Position numbers and translations under genes: made by a program
NCBI RefSeq assembly: GCF_000010065.1
Contig: NC_006576.1
Span: 1,260,001-1,292,000, forward strand
Direction: 5' to 3'
Length of the DNA stretch: 32,000 bases
Source of the DNA: Synechococcus elongatus PCC 6301
GTDB taxonomy: Bacteria; Cyanobacteriota; Cyanobacteriia; Synechococcales; Synechococcaceae
The notes under the pieces: model-generated
Seen by the model: only the letters and a program-made list of their open reading frames with translations
Told to the model about the DNA's origin: nothing
Databases searched by the model: none
Shown here: piece after piece, positions 8,932 through 18,002 of the stretch
Layout: every line of letters starts with the position of its first letter
Numbering within the stretch: the first letter of the stretch is position 1

Positions 8932-9573
8932 ATGGCCAGAGTTCGCGTTCGGCAGCACGTCAATCCGCTCTCTCAGAAATTCCAAGTGGTCACGACTTGG
9001 CCGGATTGGCAACAGGTCTATGCGGACTGCGATCGCCCGCTGCATTTGGATATTGGCTGTGCTCGCGGGCGCTTTCTGCTGGCAATGGCGACAGCACAAC
9101 CTGAGTGGAATTATCTGGGGCTGGAAATTCGTGAGCCGCTGGTAGATGAGGCGAACGCGATCGCCCGCGAACGTGAACTGACCAATCTCTACTACCACTT
9201 CAGCAACGCCAATTTGGACTTGGAACCGCTGCTGCGATCGCTGCCGACAGGGATTTTGCAGCGGGTCAGCATTCAGTTCCCGGATCCTTGGTTCAAGAAA
9301 CGCCATCAAAAGCGACGCGTCGTCCAGCCGGAACTGGTGCAAGCCCTCGCGACTGCGTTACCTGCTGGTGCAGAGGTCTTTCTGCAATCCGATGTGCTGG
9401 AAGTGCAGGCAGAGATGTGCGAACACTTTGCGGCGGAACCCCGCTTTCAGCGCACCTGCTTGGACTGGCTGCCGGAAAATCCGCTGCCCGTCCCGACCGA
9501 GCGCGAAATTGCCGTTCAAAACAAACAGTTGCCAGTCTACCGTGCTCTCTTCATTCGGCAGCCAGCGGACTAA
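8932..9573 (+). CDS. trmB: tRNA (guanine-N7-)-methyltransferase TrmB
   Basis: HLDIGCARGRFLLAMA, YLGLEIREPLVDEA, ISIQFPDPWFKKRHQKRRVVQPELV; start at MARVRVRQHVNPL (8932) preferred over 8920. Confidence 0.93.
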   Translation: MARVRVRQHVNPLSQKFQVVTTWPDWQQVYADCDRPLHLDIGCARGRFLLAMATAQPEWNYLGLEIREPLVDEANAIARERELTNLYYHFSNANLDLEPLLRSLPTGILQRVSIQFPDPWFKKRHQKRRVVQPELVQALATALPAGAEVFLQSDVLEVQAEMCEHFAAEPRFQRTCLDWLPENPLPVPTEREIAVQNKQLPVYRALFIRQPAD

Positions 9574-9603
9574 GCTCTTAAGGCAAGCGTTGACGCGATC
9601 GCG

Positions 9604-11007
9604 ATGACTGTCTGGCAAACTCTGACTTTTGCCCATTACCAACCCCAACAGTGGGGCCACAGCAGTTTCTTGCATCGGCTGTTTGGCAGCCTGCGAGCTT
9701 GGCGGGCCTCCAGCCAGCTGTTGGTTTGGTCTGAGGCACTGGGTGGCTTCTTGCTTGCTGTCGTCTACGGTTCGGCTCCGTTTGTGCCCAGTTCCGCCCT
9801 AGGGTTGGGGCTAGCCGCGATCGCGGCCTATTGGGCCCTGCTCTCGCTGACAGATATCGATCTGCGGCAAGCAACCCCCATTCACTGGCTGGTGCTGCTC
9901 TACTGGGGCGTCGATGCCCTAGCAACGGGACTCTCACCCGTACGCGCTGCAGCTTTAGTTGGGCTGGCCAAACTGACGCTCTACCTGTTGGTTTTTGCCC
10001 TAGCGGCTCGGGTTCTCCGCAATCCCCGTCTGCGATCGCTGCTGTTCTCGGTCGTCGTGATCACATCGCTTTTTGTCAGTGTCTACGGCCTCAACCAATG
10101 GATCTACGGCGTTGAAGAGCTGGCGACTTGGGTGGATCGCAACTCGGTTGCCGACTTCACCTCACGGGTTTACAGCTATCTGGGCAACCCCAACCTGCTG
10201 GCTGCTTATCTGGTGCCGACGACTGCCTTTTCTGCAGCAGCGATCGGGGTGTGGCGCGGCTGGCTCCCCAAGCTGCTGGCGATCGCTGCGACAGGTGCGA
10301 GCAGCTTATGTCTGATCCTCACCTACAGTCGCGGTGGCTGGCTGGGTTTTGTCGCCATGATTTTTGTCTGGGCGTTATTAGGGCTCTACTGGTTTCAACC
10401 CCGTCTACCCGCACCCTGGCGACGCTGGCTATTCCCAGTCGTATTGGGTGGACTAGTCGCGGTGCTCTTGGTGGCGGTGCTTGGACTTGAGCCGTTGCGC
10501 GTGCGCGTGTTGAGCATCTTTGTGGGGCGTGAAGACAGCAGCAACAACTTCCGGATCAATGTCTGGCTGGCGGTGCTGCAGATGATTCAAGATCGGCCTT
10601 GGCTGGGCATCGGCCCCGGCAATACCGCCTTTAACCTGGTTTATCCCCTCTATCAACAGGCGCGCTTTACGGCGTTGAGCGCCTACTCCGTCCCGCTGGA
10701 AGTCGCGGTTGAGGGCGGACTACTGGGCTTGACGGCCTTCGCTTGGCTGCTGCTGGTCACGGCGGTGACGGCGGTGCGGCAGGTGAGCCGACTGCGGCGC
10801 GATCGCAATCCCCAAGCCTTTTGGTTGATGGCTAGCTTGGCCGGTTTGGCAGGAATGCTGGGTCACGGTCTGTTTGATACCGTGCTCTATCGACCGGAAG
10901 CCAGTACGCTCTGGTGGCTCTGTATTGGAGCGATCGCGAGTTTCTGGCAGCCCCAACCTTCCAAGCAACTCCCTCCAGAAGCCGAGCATTCAGACGAAAA
11001 AATGTAG
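9604..11007 (+). CDS. ictB: IctB, O-antigen-ligase (Wzy)-like membrane protein historically linked to inorganic carbon accumulation
   Basis: 467-aa multi-TM ORF (MTVWQTLTFAHYQPQQWGHSSFLHRLFG...; TYSRGGWLGF; RPWLGIGPGNTAFNLVYPLYQQ) matching IctB as I recall it. Confidence 0.92.
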   Translation: MTVWQTLTFAHYQPQQWGHSSFLHRLFGSLRAWRASSQLLVWSEALGGFLLAVVYGSAPFVPSSALGLGLAAIAAYWALLSLTDIDLRQATPIHWLVLLYWGVDALATGLSPVRAAALVGLAKLTLYLLVFALAARVLRNPRLRSLLFSVVVITSLFVSVYGLNQWIYGVEELATWVDRNSVADFTSRVYSYLGNPNLLAAYLVPTTAFSAAAIGVWRGWLPKLLAIAATGASSLCLILTYSRGGWLGFVAMIFVWALLGLYWFQPRLPAPWRRWLFPVVLGGLVAVLLVAVLGLEPLRVRVLSIFVGREDSSNNFRINVWLAVLQMIQDRPWLGIGPGNTAFNLVYPLYQQARFTALSAYSVPLEVAVEGGLLGLTAFAWLLLVTAVTAVRQVSRLRRDRNPQAFWLMASLAGLAGMLGHGLFDTVLYRPEASTLWWLCIGAIASFWQPQPSKQLPPEAEHSDEKM

Positions 11008-11332
11008 CGGGCTCCCCAACAAATTCCTGTGCACCCGACTGGATCCACCACCTAACCTGGATCCCAAAGGTATCCGGTGGATCTAGGGTCATAACGAACT
11101 CCGACCGCGATCGCGTCCGCGAACTGAACCTCCATCGCACCGAAGCGATTCGTTATCGTGAAGAGCCAATGCTAGAGCGGGCTGCCGAAGCAGTTGGGCT
11201 GGAAGCAGGCTCAGAAGCCACCCGCATCCAAGGCAAAGTTCAGCCGACCTTCCGCAAAGACTACGATCGCCACGGCGGCTCTGCCAGCTAAGTCAGCGCT
11301 GGGTTAGTTGTCATAGCAGTCCGCAGACAAGT

Positions 11333-11464
11333 TAGGACAACTTCATAGAGGGACTCGCTCAGAGTCAACAGCCGCTGTCCGTGGGGGTGCGCAATCACCC
11401 CCACACCCACGCACTGGGGGACTCGACTCCCCCAGGCCCCCCGCAACAAGATTTCGGATAAGGG
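11333..11464 (-). repeat. imperfect intergenic repeat, copy 1 (inverse orientation to copy 2), two perfect hairpins
   Basis: Shares GTTAGGACAACTT, CTGTCCGTGG, CCCCACACCCACG, GACTCCCCCAG and GAGATTTCGG-like blocks in the same order with the reverse complement of 23583-23714. Hairpins GTGGGGGTG/CACCCCCAC (11383-11391/11398-11406) and CTGGGGGA/TCCCCCAG (11416-11423/11430-11437). Strand given is the one inferred from G.U-compatible differences. Confidence 0.75.
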
Positions 11465-11735
11465 GCATCGGCTGAATCGCGATCGCTGCGGGTAAAACTA
11501 GCCGGTGTTAGCCATGGGTTTGAGACTAATCGGCACGGGGCAAAACGTCCTGATTTATTTGCTCAATGTGATAGGTTACATCGTCAAAAACAAGGCCCAA
11601 GAGGTAGGAAAAATCACGACCGCCCAAGTCCGAGGGCTTTGCTGTTGGGAGCGACCTAGGGCAGACTAGACAGAGCATTGCTGTGAGCCAAAGCGCTTCA
11701 ATTGCTGCGGCTGTGGGTTTTTCGGAGGTTGCCAA

Positions 11736-11960
11736 ATGAAAGACTTTTTCGTCAATGTCCTCCGCTATCCCCGCTACTTCATCACCTTCCTGCTGGGTAT
11801 TTTTTACTCGATCTACCAGTGGGTGCGGCCGATGGTTCGCAACCCAGTCGCGGCTTGGGCGCTGCTAGGCTTTGGAGTTTCGACATTGGCGTTCTTGAGT
11901 TTGACGCTGCGGGCCATGTTGGGACAGGCAATCGGCGAGCCTGGCAGTCTGGGCGGTTAG
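11736..11960 (+). CDS. ycf33: DUF751/Ycf33 family protein
   Basis: 74 aa MKDFFVNVLRYPRYFITFLLGIFYSIYQWVRPMVRNPVAAWALLGF, typical Ycf33 form. Confidence 0.75.
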   Translation: MKDFFVNVLRYPRYFITFLLGIFYSIYQWVRPMVRNPVAAWALLGFGVSTLAFLSLTLRAMLGQAIGEPGSLGG

Positions 11961-12011
11961 GCTGGGACAGAGAAGCAATAACTGCAAAGCAGGCAAAGAG
12001 GGCGAAGGACG

Positions 12012-12425
12012 ATGGCAACCAATCGTCGGGTAGAACGAGTCGCGTCACTGATTAAGCGCGAAGTCAGTCAGATGTTGATGAGCGGTATTAAGGACGATCG
12101 CGTTGGGGCAGGCATGGTCAGCGTCACCGATGTGGTGGTATCGGGCGACCTGCAACACACCAAGATTTTCGTCAGCATCTACGGCACGCCCGAAGCCAAA
12201 GCCGAAACGATGGAAGGGCTGAAATCAGCTGCTTCCTATGTGCGCAGTGAGCTAGGGCAACGGGTTCGTCTGCGGCGCACGCCCGAAGTGATCTTTGTGG
12301 AAGACAAAGGGTTGGAGCGCGGTACGCAAGTGATTTCGCTACTGGAACAATTGACGCGGGAGCGCGAAGCTCGCGAAGCGGCTCAGGCTGCGGCTGGTGT
12401 TGTGGACTCGACTGAAGACGCTTGA
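12012..12425 (+). CDS. rbfA: ribosome-binding factor A
   Basis: 137 aa: [27 protein letters not shown]...[21 protein letters not shown]...[28 protein letters not shown]. Confidence 0.95.
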
Positions 12426-14050
12426 GCGATCGCTTCCTACCGGATTGGCAGACACTGAGCCTAGAGCAGCAGATTGCCCAGTTGCTGGTGGTGCGTACTT
12501 CTGGCGCGTACTTCGATAGTCAAATCGCCTATCCGCAGTACGAAGCGCTCCGCGATCGCCTCCAGCATTGGATTGGTGAGTTGGGAGTTGGTGGGGTCAT
12601 TCTGCTGGGTGGCAATGCTGCCGAAGTGGCGCTGCGCTGTCAGCAGTTGCAGGAGTGGTCACGCGTACCGCTGTTGATAGCAGCAGATATTGAGGAAGGA
12701 GTTGGTCAGCGCTTTGCTGGTGCAGTCCAGTTTCCGCCACCACTAGCGCTGTCTGCGATCGCTGCACAAGATCCGGAGCGTGCTCAACAACTGGCTCGAT
12801 CATTTGGTGAAATTACCGCGACAGAAGCGATCGCGATCAGGCTGAACTGGGTTCTCGCCCCGATCGTGGATATCAACAACAATCCCGCGAACCCCGTCAT
12901 TAACGTCCGCGCCTTTGGGGAAGATCCAGAAACCGTTAGCCAACTAACGACGGCGTTCATCGCTGGTGCGCAGCAATTTCCTGTGTTGACCACCGCCAAG
13001 CATTTTCCGGGCCATGGCGACACGGCGACAGATTCGCATCTGGAATTGCCGCAAATTCCCCACGATCGATCGCGGTTAGAGGCGGTAGAGTTGGAACCCT
13101 TCCGCCGCGCGATCGCCGCTGGCGTAGATGCGGTGATGACGGCACATCTCTCGATTCCTGCACTCGATCCTGACTATCCGGCGACACTTTCACCTGCTGT
13201 TTTACAAGGTTTACTGCGGCGTGAGCTGGGTTTTGAAGGGCTGATTGTCACCGATGCCTTGGTGATGCAAGCGATCGCCGCACATTACGGCCCCGGAGAA
13301 GCAGCACGACTGGCCTTTGAAGCGGGCGCGGATATTCTGCTGATGCCGGTTGACCCAGAAGCGGCGATTCAAGAAATTGCCAAAGCTATTCGAGAAGGAC
13401 AGATTACTTACGATCGCCTGGAACAATCACTCGCACGGATTTGGCGAGCCAAACAGAAGGTCTGCGGAGCACGGCCTGCTTCATTCTTGCCTCATGCCTG
13501 GGAACAGGAACCGGCGATCGCAATTGATTTAGAAGCGGTTTCTCAACCCAAACATTGGGCGATCGCGGCAGAAATCCTAACTGCTTCACAAGAGCAACAA
13601 GGTCAACCCTTAGCTCCGACAGCAGGAGTCAATCTGATCGTCGGCGATCGCCTTCTACAAGCCCCTTACTTGAGTGGTACAGCAGCAGCGCGACAACTTC
13701 CCAGCCAACATGGGTTGCGCTTACAAATTTGGGATACCGAAACCGGCACAACACCAACCCTGACAGAACCAACGTTGGTGCAGTGGTTTATTCGCGGTAA
13801 TCCATTTCGGGGCAGTGCCGGCGCGGATCAAGTCGTGGAACGATTGTTGCGGCAACTGCTCACACAGGATCAGCTACTGGGCTTAGTGATTTACGGTAGT
13901 CCTTACATTTGGCAGCAATGGCGATCGCAACTTCCACACGATCTACCCGCCATCTTTTCCTACGGACAGACTGCTCAGGCGCAAGCGATCGCCCTACAAT
14001 CAATTGTTCAATCTATAGATTGCTCGCAAGCCAAGGAATTCACAACCTAA
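12422..14050 (+). CDS. nagZ: glycoside hydrolase family 3, beta-N-acetylhexosaminidase-like
   Basis: 542 aa with [63 protein letters not shown]; start overlaps rbfA stop by 4 nt (ATGA). Confidence 0.85.
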
Positions 14051-14109
14051 ACAATCAACGCAATCCCACGCAGAGCTTCCTTCTCTAATACTTCCAATCA
14101 TTAATAGCC

Positions 14110-14346
14110 TTAATAATTAACAGATCGACGTGGAAGTTTATTTGCAATTTCATATAGATATTCTTGTGAAAGAGTATCAGAAAGGCCAGCTACTGCAATA
14201 AGCGCTATAAAGTTAAAGAAAAAGCCTGCAAGAAACCACGAAGTGGTGTTGTGTCCTTTAGAGCCTGCAACAGTTGAGCAGAACAATCCAAAGATACAGC
14301 CAGCGGTTGCCCATGAAATAAAGAAGGTAATCAGTAGTTCTTGCAT
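14110..14346 (-). CDS. hypothetical small membrane-like protein (78 aa) in an AT-rich island
   Basis: Intact ORF MQELLITFFISWATAGCIFGLFCSTVAGSKGHNTTSWFLAGFFFNFIALIAVAGL... with two hydrophobic helices; base composition differs from its flanks. Confidence 0.5.
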   Translation of the reverse strand: MQELLITFFISWATAGCIFGLFCSTVAGSKGHNTTSWFLAGFFFNFIALIAVAGLSDTLSQEYLYEIANKLPRRSVNY

Positions 14347-14449
14347 GGTCTATTTTAATTGCAAATTGATCAATATTTAATGTATCTCAGAAGAACAGAA
14401 AATTAAACTCTATAAACGATTATTTAAAGTCTAAAAACAAAACACTACA

Positions 14450-15412
14450 TTACATTGTCAAGCTATTGTGCGGCTGCACTGCTTCCGATTGGCGCTGAGC
14501 TTGCGATCGCCAGATCACGGCTAGGAAGCTGCCAACCAGCGAATGCATGACCCCAGAGATCGCACCAATTGCGGCGGCGAGTGGTAACAGCGGAAAGGCT
14601 TGCCGAGCCAAGATAATTGCCAAACCGGAGTTTTGCATCCCGACTTCAATCGCGATCGTGCGAGCGATCGCTTGGGAATAGCCAAAGAGTTTGGCAAAAC
14701 CAAAACCGAGGGCAAACCCGAGGCTATGCAGCAAAAAGACCCCCAGCAGCATCTGCCGTCCCTGCTGCACAATCGCCTCGGCATTGGCCGAGAAAGTGGC
14801 AGCACAGATCAGGCAAATTCCCACCACGGATAGCAACGGTGCGATCGGGAGAACCTGCCGTACGAGTCGCGGTGTCCAACGGTTCAAAGCAACCCCGATC
14901 GCCACCGGCAGAATCACCACTTGCAAGGTTTGGGCAAACAGGAGCCAGCCATTGACCGGCACATAGGCACCCGCCAGGAACTGAGTCAGCAAGGGCGTCA
15001 TCACCACGGCAGCTAGGGTTGAAGCCAGCGTCATCACCACCGACAGTGCCACATCAGCCCGCGCGATGTAGGTAATCAAATTCGAGGCCGTGCCACCAGG
15101 ACAGGTGCCGACCAAAATCAGGCCCACAGCTAGCGCGGTCGGAAGTTGCAATGCAGCCCCGATCGCCCACCCTAGGAACGGCATAATCAAGTACTGGGCG
15201 CAAAAGCCCGTCAAGACGGCTCTTGGCAGGCGACTCACTCGTTGAAAGTCGTCGAGGCTGAGGGTCAAACCCATCCCCAGCATCACCAGAGTCAAGATCA
15301 AGACCGGCAGATTTCCCTGATTCAGCCCAATGAAAATCTGCGGCCAGCGCAGCGCGATCGCGCCAATCAACAGCAGCCAAAACGGGAACAGATTGGTGAG
15401 GCGATCGGCCAT
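14450..15412 (-). CDS. bile acid:sodium symporter (BASS) family transporter, second paralogue
   Basis: LVMLGMGLTLSLDDFQRV...GTCPGGTASNLITYIARADVALSVVMT...TIAIEVGMQNSGLAIILA; start MADRLTN at 15412 preferred over 15424. Confidence 0.87.
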   Translation of the reverse strand: MADRLTNLFPFWLLLIGAIALRWPQIFIGLNQGNLPVLILTLVMLGMGLTLSLDDFQRVSRLPRAVLTGFCAQYLIMPFLGWAIGAALQLPTALAVGLILVGTCPGGTASNLITYIARADVALSVVMTLASTLAAVVMTPLLTQFLAGAYVPVNGWLLFAQTLQVVILPVAIGVALNRWTPRLVRQVLPIAPLLSVVGICLICAATFSANAEAIVQQGRQMLLGVFLLHSLGFALGFGFAKLFGYSQAIARTIAIEVGMQNSGLAIILARQAFPLLPLAAAIGAISGVMHSLVGSFLAVIWRSQAQRQSEAVQPHNSLTM

Positions 15413-15531
15413 AGTTCTCTGCACACTCTGGCTAGAGACTGAGTGAACAGATGGCGATCGTCAAGCATCAGTCCAGGTTTCTCTGCAAAATCGCCACAAT
15501 AGAGAGCGATCGCTCTTGTTTAATCGCTGCC

Positions 15532-16059
15532 ATGACTGCTGCTGCCCCAACTCTCTCGCGTCGTCGTCTCCTGCTCGGTTTGGTCAGTGCTGGCGCTGGG
15601 GCGGGGGGATTTCTGTTCTGGCGTCAGTCGCGATCGCCGCTTTCCAGCACGGATGCTGTCTATCCCATGCAGCTAAGTGAGGCTGAATGGCAGCAACGCT
15701 TGTCTCCCGAGGCCTATGCAGTCCTGCGGGAAGCCGCGACAGAACGGCCTTTTACAAGCGATCTTTTGGCAGAAAAACGAGTCGGTCAATACTGCTGCGC
15801 TGGCTGCGAGCAGCCTTTGTTTGAGTCCGCCGCCAAGTATGAGAGTGGAACGGGCTGGCCCAGTTTTCGCGAAGCGATCGCGGGCAGTCTCGGTTTCCAA
15901 ACCGACTACAAACTAGTGGTTCCGCGCACGGAATACCACTGCAGCCGCTGCGGTGGACACCAAGGCCATGTTTTCAACGATGGACCCGCCCCCACCGGCA
16001 AACGCTTCTGCAACAACGGCGTGGCGATCGCCTTCGTACCCGCTGCTGATCAGGGCTGA
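15532..16059 (+). CDS. msrB: peptide-methionine (R)-S-oxide reductase MsrB with Tat-like N-terminal signal
   Basis: CAGCEQPLFESAAKYESGTGWPSF...PRTEYHCSRCGGHQGHVFNDGPAPTGKRFCNNG; N-terminus LSRRRLLLGLVSAGAGAGGFLFW. ORF track opens at 15451; start at 15532 inferred. Confidence 0.9.
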   Translation: MTAAAPTLSRRRLLLGLVSAGAGAGGFLFWRQSRSPLSSTDAVYPMQLSEAEWQQRLSPEAYAVLREAATERPFTSDLLAEKRVGQYCCAGCEQPLFESAAKYESGTGWPSFREAIAGSLGFQTDYKLVVPRTEYHCSRCGGHQGHVFNDGPAPTGKRFCNNGVAIAFVPAADQG

Positions 16060-17183
16060 TTAGGGCGCCGCACCACGGCTTCACCTGCGGGCGACTCACT
16101 GACGGGCAACAGTGGCAAAGATTTGAGATCCGTGACTTGCTCTTGCAGAGCACCAGTCGAAGACAGCAGCCGGCCCAGACTGTTGATCAAGCGCCGAATG
16201 TTTTCAATCACCGCAGGGTCGCCGGTCAGACGGTTGAGGTCTGTGGTGATTTTCTGTGCATTTTGAAAGGTAATCCGAGCCGAATCCAAGGTCTGTTGCA
16301 AGGTCAACAGATTCTCAGGCGAGTTCAAGGCCGTTGAGACATCGCGGATATTGCGCGAAGCCACCGCTAGGTTGGCGGACAGTTCATTTAAGTTGTCGAC
16401 CAGCTTGCCGCTATTCGCCTTGTCAATTGCTGGTTCCAGGCTGTTCAGAATGTCTTGCAGTTCCTGACTGGAACTTTCGAGATTAGTCAGAGTCGTGCGC
16501 ACAGACTGTCGGTTTTCAGCGATTGCGGCTTCCACTTGACTCGCCGCCCCTTGGGCAGCATTTAAGGTCTCACGCAGGGGCGGGATCTGTTGCTGCAGTG
16601 AGCTACTGAGTTGGCGAATACTGCGAGCGGCTTCGCTGGCATCGCGACTGGTTTGACTGAGGGTATTGACTAGCTTGGCCTGCTCAATCTCCGAGACCAG
16701 CGTGGCGATCGAGGTCAGGATGCTGGCAAAACTAGCGGACTGCGCTCCCTCGACAACGCTGCCATTGCAAAGAATCACGGCGCGATCGCAGTTAGGCGAT
16801 CGCGGCTGGGTTTTAGCCAGAACCTCAGCAGGAATGTTGCGCTTGGGCTCAATCGTCAGGTTGGGACTACCCAGCAATGACGAGATCTGCGCGGAAATGA
16901 CAGAATCGCGGGGAATTGCCAGACTGGCTGGCTGAATCTGGATGCGGACCAGAACACTGTTGCTCTGGGCAGTGATGTCTATGACTTGGCCGACCTGAAC
17001 GCCGCGGTAGATCACTGGCGTCCCAACGGTCAGTCCGGCCGTATCGTTAAATTCCACAATGACGTCATAGCGGTCTTGGCCTAAGCTGACGCCTCGCAGC
17101 CAAAAGATGAGACCCGCCAAAGCACCGACTCCGGCCACGAGCATGAGGCCCACACTGCCTTCTCGGACCACCCGCGATCGCAT
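16050..17183 (-). CDS. MlaD/MCE family lipid-transport-associated protein
   Basis: 377 aa: N-terminal TM helix, then MCE segment (YDVIVEFNDTAGLTVGTPVIYRGVQVGQVIDI...PRDSVISAQISSLLGSPNLTI), then long helical region. Confidence 0.85.
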   Translation of the reverse strand: MRSRVVREGSVGLMLVAGVGALAGLIFWLRGVSLGQDRYDVIVEFNDTAGLTVGTPVIYRGVQVGQVIDITAQSNSVLVRIQIQPASLAIPRDSVISAQISSLLGSPNLTIEPKRNIPAEVLAKTQPRSPNCDRAVILCNGSVVEGAQSASFASILTSIATLVSEIEQAKLVNTLSQTSRDASEAARSIRQLSSSLQQQIPPLRETLNAAQGAASQVEAAIAENRQSVRTTLTNLESSSQELQDILNSLEPAIDKANSGKLVDNLNELSANLAVASRNIRDVSTALNSPENLLTLQQTLDSARITFQNAQKITTDLNRLTGDPAVIENIRRLINSLGRLLSSTGALQEQVTDLKSLPLLPVSESPAGEAVVRRPNQP

Positions 17184-17210
17184 CGTTACTGTTCCTCCGG
17201 TTGATCGAGG

Positions 17211-18002
17211 CTAGGTCGCGACTTGAATGGGCCCGTCGATGCGACCACTCAGGAATTGACGCACGTAGATGTTATCAGTCTCGTCCAGCGCTGCGGCAGT
17301 TCCCTGCCAACAGACTTGGCCGCGATAGAGCAGAATCAGGCGATCGGCGGTGCGACGAGTCGTGCTTTCTTGGTGCGTGACCACCACGTAGGAGGCCTGG
17401 GGTTGCTGCTGCTTGAGACTGCGCATCAGGTCTTCGACCACAGTGGAGGCGATCGGGTCGAGGCCTGCCGTCGGTTCATCGTAGAGAATCAGCGATCGCC
17501 CACCGGACTCTTCCAGCAGGGTACTGATGATCGCTCGGGCAAAACTAACGCGTTTGCGCATGCCTCCCGACAGTTCAGATGGCATCAGATGAGCAATGTT
17601 GGGCAGCCCTACACTGTCGAGGCTGCAAGCAACGTAGTGCTCAATTTCAGCAGGGCTGAGGCGGGTGTGCTGGTAAAGATAAAAGCCCACATTTTCACCC
17701 ACGGTCAACGAATCAAACAGCGCCGCTTGCTGAAAGACCAAGTTGATCGGGAAGGGATTGGGCTGTTCGGTAATCGGAGCGGTACGCTGCTGACCTGCTA
17801 CCCAGACTTCTCCCGAGTCCGGCAAGATCAAGCCGCTAATAATGCGCAGAATGGTTGACTTACCCGTCCCCGAGGGGCCAAGAATGCCGATCGCCTCTCC
17901 GGGATAGATGCTGAGGTCTACCCCGTCTAGCACCATTTGCTTGCCAAAGGCCTTACGGACATTGCGCAGTTCGACTAGCGGCTCAGCATCACGGCTCGAC
18001 AT
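17211..18002 (-). CDS. ABC transporter ATP-binding protein, MlaF/Ttg2A-like
   Basis: Walker A GPSGTGKST, signature LSGGMRKR, Walker B LILYDEPTAGLDP, H-loop THQ; start at MSSRDAEPLVEL (18002) preferred over 18137. Confidence 0.88.
   Translation of the reverse strand: MSSRDAEPLVELRNVRKAFGKQMVLDGVDLSIYPGEAIGILGPSGTGKSTILRIISGLILPDSGEVWVAGQQRTAPITEQPNPFPINLVFQQAALFDSLTVGENVGFYLYQHTRLSPAEIEHYVACSLDSVGLPNIAHLMPSELSGGMRKRVSFARAIISTLLEESGGRSLILYDEPTAGLDPIASTVVEDLMRSLKQQQPQASYVVVTHQESTTRRTADRLILLYRGQVCWQGTAAALDETDNIYVRQFLSGRIDGPIQVAT

Noticed and set aside
10914-11291. 125-aa ORF overlapping the end of ictB
   Set aside because: First part is an out-of-frame reading of ictB. The tail (MLERAAEAVGLEAGSEATRIQGKVQPTFRKDYDRHGGSAS) could be a 40-aa protein but has no independent support.
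11526-11735. 69-aa minus ORF upstream of ycf33, plus an alternative 51-aa + strand ORF from about 11514
   Set aside because: No recognisable motif in either; overlapping small ORFs in a non-coding gap. The + strand one (MGLRLIGTGQNVLIYLLNVIGYIVKNKAQEV...) is slightly more plausible but not supportable.
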